A stretch of 64,000 bases of DNA, from assembly GCA_036395755.1 (NCBI GenBank), contig DASWCZ010000079.1:6363-70362 (forward strand). Direction: 5' to 3'. The notes below the pieces were generated by a model that saw only the letters and a list, made by a program, of their open reading frames with translations, was not told the DNA's origin and ran no database searches. The position numbers were made by a program, and so were the translations under genes. Shown one piece after another: positions 62,869 to 64,000 of this stretch (positions are counted from its first letter, which is position 1; the number at the start of each line of letters is the position of its first letter). Source of the stretch: Thermoanaerobaculia bacterium. GTDB taxonomy: Bacteria > Acidobacteriota > Thermoanaerobaculia > UBA5066 > Gp7-AA6.

Positions 62869-63552
62869 GTGATGAAGCGCGTAATTGGAATTGCGGCTGC
62901 TTTCTGCTTCCTCATTGGAGCACAGGCGGCCCTCGCCCAGACCACGGCCCACACGGAGACCAAGATGAAGCAGACGGGCCCCGGACCGAACGTCAAGGTC
63001 AAGACCGAGACCGTCGTCGGCACCGTCAAGGAATACGAGGCGGGCAAGAAGATCAAGATCACGGGTCCGAACAACAAGAACTATTCGTTCGACCTCGACG
63101 AGACTGTCCGGGTCGACGGTGCGGTCACCGTTGGCCAGATGGCGAAAGTCGAATGGGCGAAGGGGAAGGACGGCAAGGAACGCGTGAACGTGATCGCTCT
63201 CTACACCGCCCCGCCGGGAGTCGGTACCGCCGCCAGCACGGCGAAGACGATGCCGGCAGTGCACCAGAAGACGGAAAAGGTCGTCCACAAGCCCGGGCCG
63301 GACATCAAGGTCAAGACCGAAACCGTCATCGGAACCGTGAAGGAGTACGAGCCGGGCAAAAAGATCAAGGTCACGGGTCCGAACGACAAGGACTATTCGT
63401 TCGACCTGGATGAAAACGTTTCGATGAAGAAACCCGTCGCGGTCGGCCAGCGCGTCAAAGTCGAGTACACGAAGGGCGACATGGGCAACCACGTCTCGGT
63501 CGTCTCCCTCGTGAAGGGGATGAAGAGCAAAAAGGCACGCAAAGCGGCCTGA
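62869..63552 (+). CDS. Secreted protein made of two tandem ~100 aa repeats (KVKTETV(V/I)GTVKEYE(A/P)GKKIK(I/V)TGPN.K.YSFDLDE.V...VGQ..KVE..KG), lower GC
   Basis: Signal peptide MMKRVIGIAAAFCFLIGAQAALA; internal duplication read directly. Confidence 0.5.
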   Translation: MMKRVIGIAAAFCFLIGAQAALAQTTAHTETKMKQTGPGPNVKVKTETVVGTVKEYEAGKKIKITGPNNKNYSFDLDETVRVDGAVTVGQMAKVEWAKGKDGKERVNVIALYTAPPGVGTAASTAKTMPAVHQKTEKVVHKPGPDIKVKTETVIGTVKEYEPGKKIKVTGPNDKDYSFDLDENVSMKKPVAVGQRVKVEYTKGDMGNHVSVVSLVKGMKSKKARKAA

Positions 63553-63564
63553 AGCGTTCGCGCC

Positions 63565-64000
63565 TCAGCGCGGAACAGTCGCCGACAGATCCGTGTTCGC
63601 CAGACGCTGCGCGGCCTCGCGCAGCGTCTCTTCTTTTTTCGCAAAATTGAAACGCGCCCGCGTTCTGCCTCCATTCGTCGCGTAGAAGCTCGACCCCGGG
63701 ACCGCGACGACGCCCGCCCGCCGGGCCAGGATTTCGACGAACGACCGATCGTCCCGCCACCCGAGCGCCGCGGCGTCGGCCATCACGTAGTACGCGCCCT
63801 GCGGCGGCGTGAAGGCGAGTCCGGCGCTCTCGAGTCCCGCGAGCAGAATTTCGCGGCGTTCGGCATACGCCCGGCGAAGCTTCCGGTAGTACGAATCGGG
63901 AAGCGCGAGCGCGGCCCGGCCAGCCTCCTGAAACGGCACCGGCGCGCAGATCGTCAGGTAGTCGTGGACCTTCCGGATTCGGGAAGTGAGCGGCGCGGCC
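63565..64000 (-). CDS. C-terminal part of a class I/II PLP-dependent aminotransferase; the gene continues beyond the window end
   Basis: GQRVALAEPTYPVYSDAVRLA... (track ORF 63565..63939, frame open to 64000). Confidence 0.55.
   Translation of the reverse strand, partial: AAPLTSRIRKVHDYLTICAPVPFQEAGRAALALPDSYYRKLRRAYAERREILLAGLESAGLAFTPPQGAYYVMADAAALGWRDDRSFVEILARRAGVVAVPGSSFYATNGGRTRARFNFAKKEETLREAAQRLANTDLSATVPR

Overview
High-GC bacterial chromosomal segment (roughly 68-70% GC by eye) covering the replication-origin neighbourhood. gyrA-gyrB-recF-dnaN-dnaA run on the minus strand and diverge from rpmH-rnpA-yidD-yidC-jag-mnmE-mnmG-rsmG-parA-parB on the plus strand. DnaA-box-like repeats sit in the divergent region and a parS-like perfect palindrome lies just upstream of parA. 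On the left flank are a PD40-propeller/Omp85-barrel fusion, an MBL-fold class-II-like phosphodiesterase, a minus-strand MocR(PdxR-like)-pdxS-pdxT-enoyl-CoA hydratase-NAT cluster, and tal. To the right are bactofilin and the F-type ATP synthase genes b'-b-delta-alpha-gamma-beta. A roughly 2.5 kb lower-GC insertion follows (frameshifted secreted protein, GYD protein, SDR oxidoreductase), bounded by imperfect 85-95 nt direct repeats, before the epsilon subunit. Next come a secreted D-aminoacylase-like amidohydrolase and an M20-M16-M16 peptidase operon. That operon ends in a membrane-anchored iodothyronine-deiodinase-like selenoprotein with an in-frame TGA at the FGSxT-U-PPF motif and a SECIS-like hairpin with a GGUC loop 17 nt downstream. 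Further right are a DUF4386 gene fragment, a lipid kinase, a metallophosphoesterase, sdhCAB, TauE/SafE, and an OmpR/histidine-kinase pair. GTTCAC-N5-GTTCAT direct-repeat operators recur in front of two secreted repeat-protein genes. The window continues with an Omp85-family protein, two Ser/Thr kinases flanking a Tat-exported M24 peptidase, an MFS transporter and an outer-membrane beta-barrel. Two dispersed palindromic repeat families are present: a GGGGACAGG-type REP with 8 copies, and a long GTCATTCCGAGG hairpin element with 2 copies, one inserted exactly between pdxS and pdxT with a 29-bp flanking duplication. No rRNA, tRNA, CRISPR array or transposase was recognised. Many long alternate-frame ORFs in the supplied track are GC-driven artefacts.
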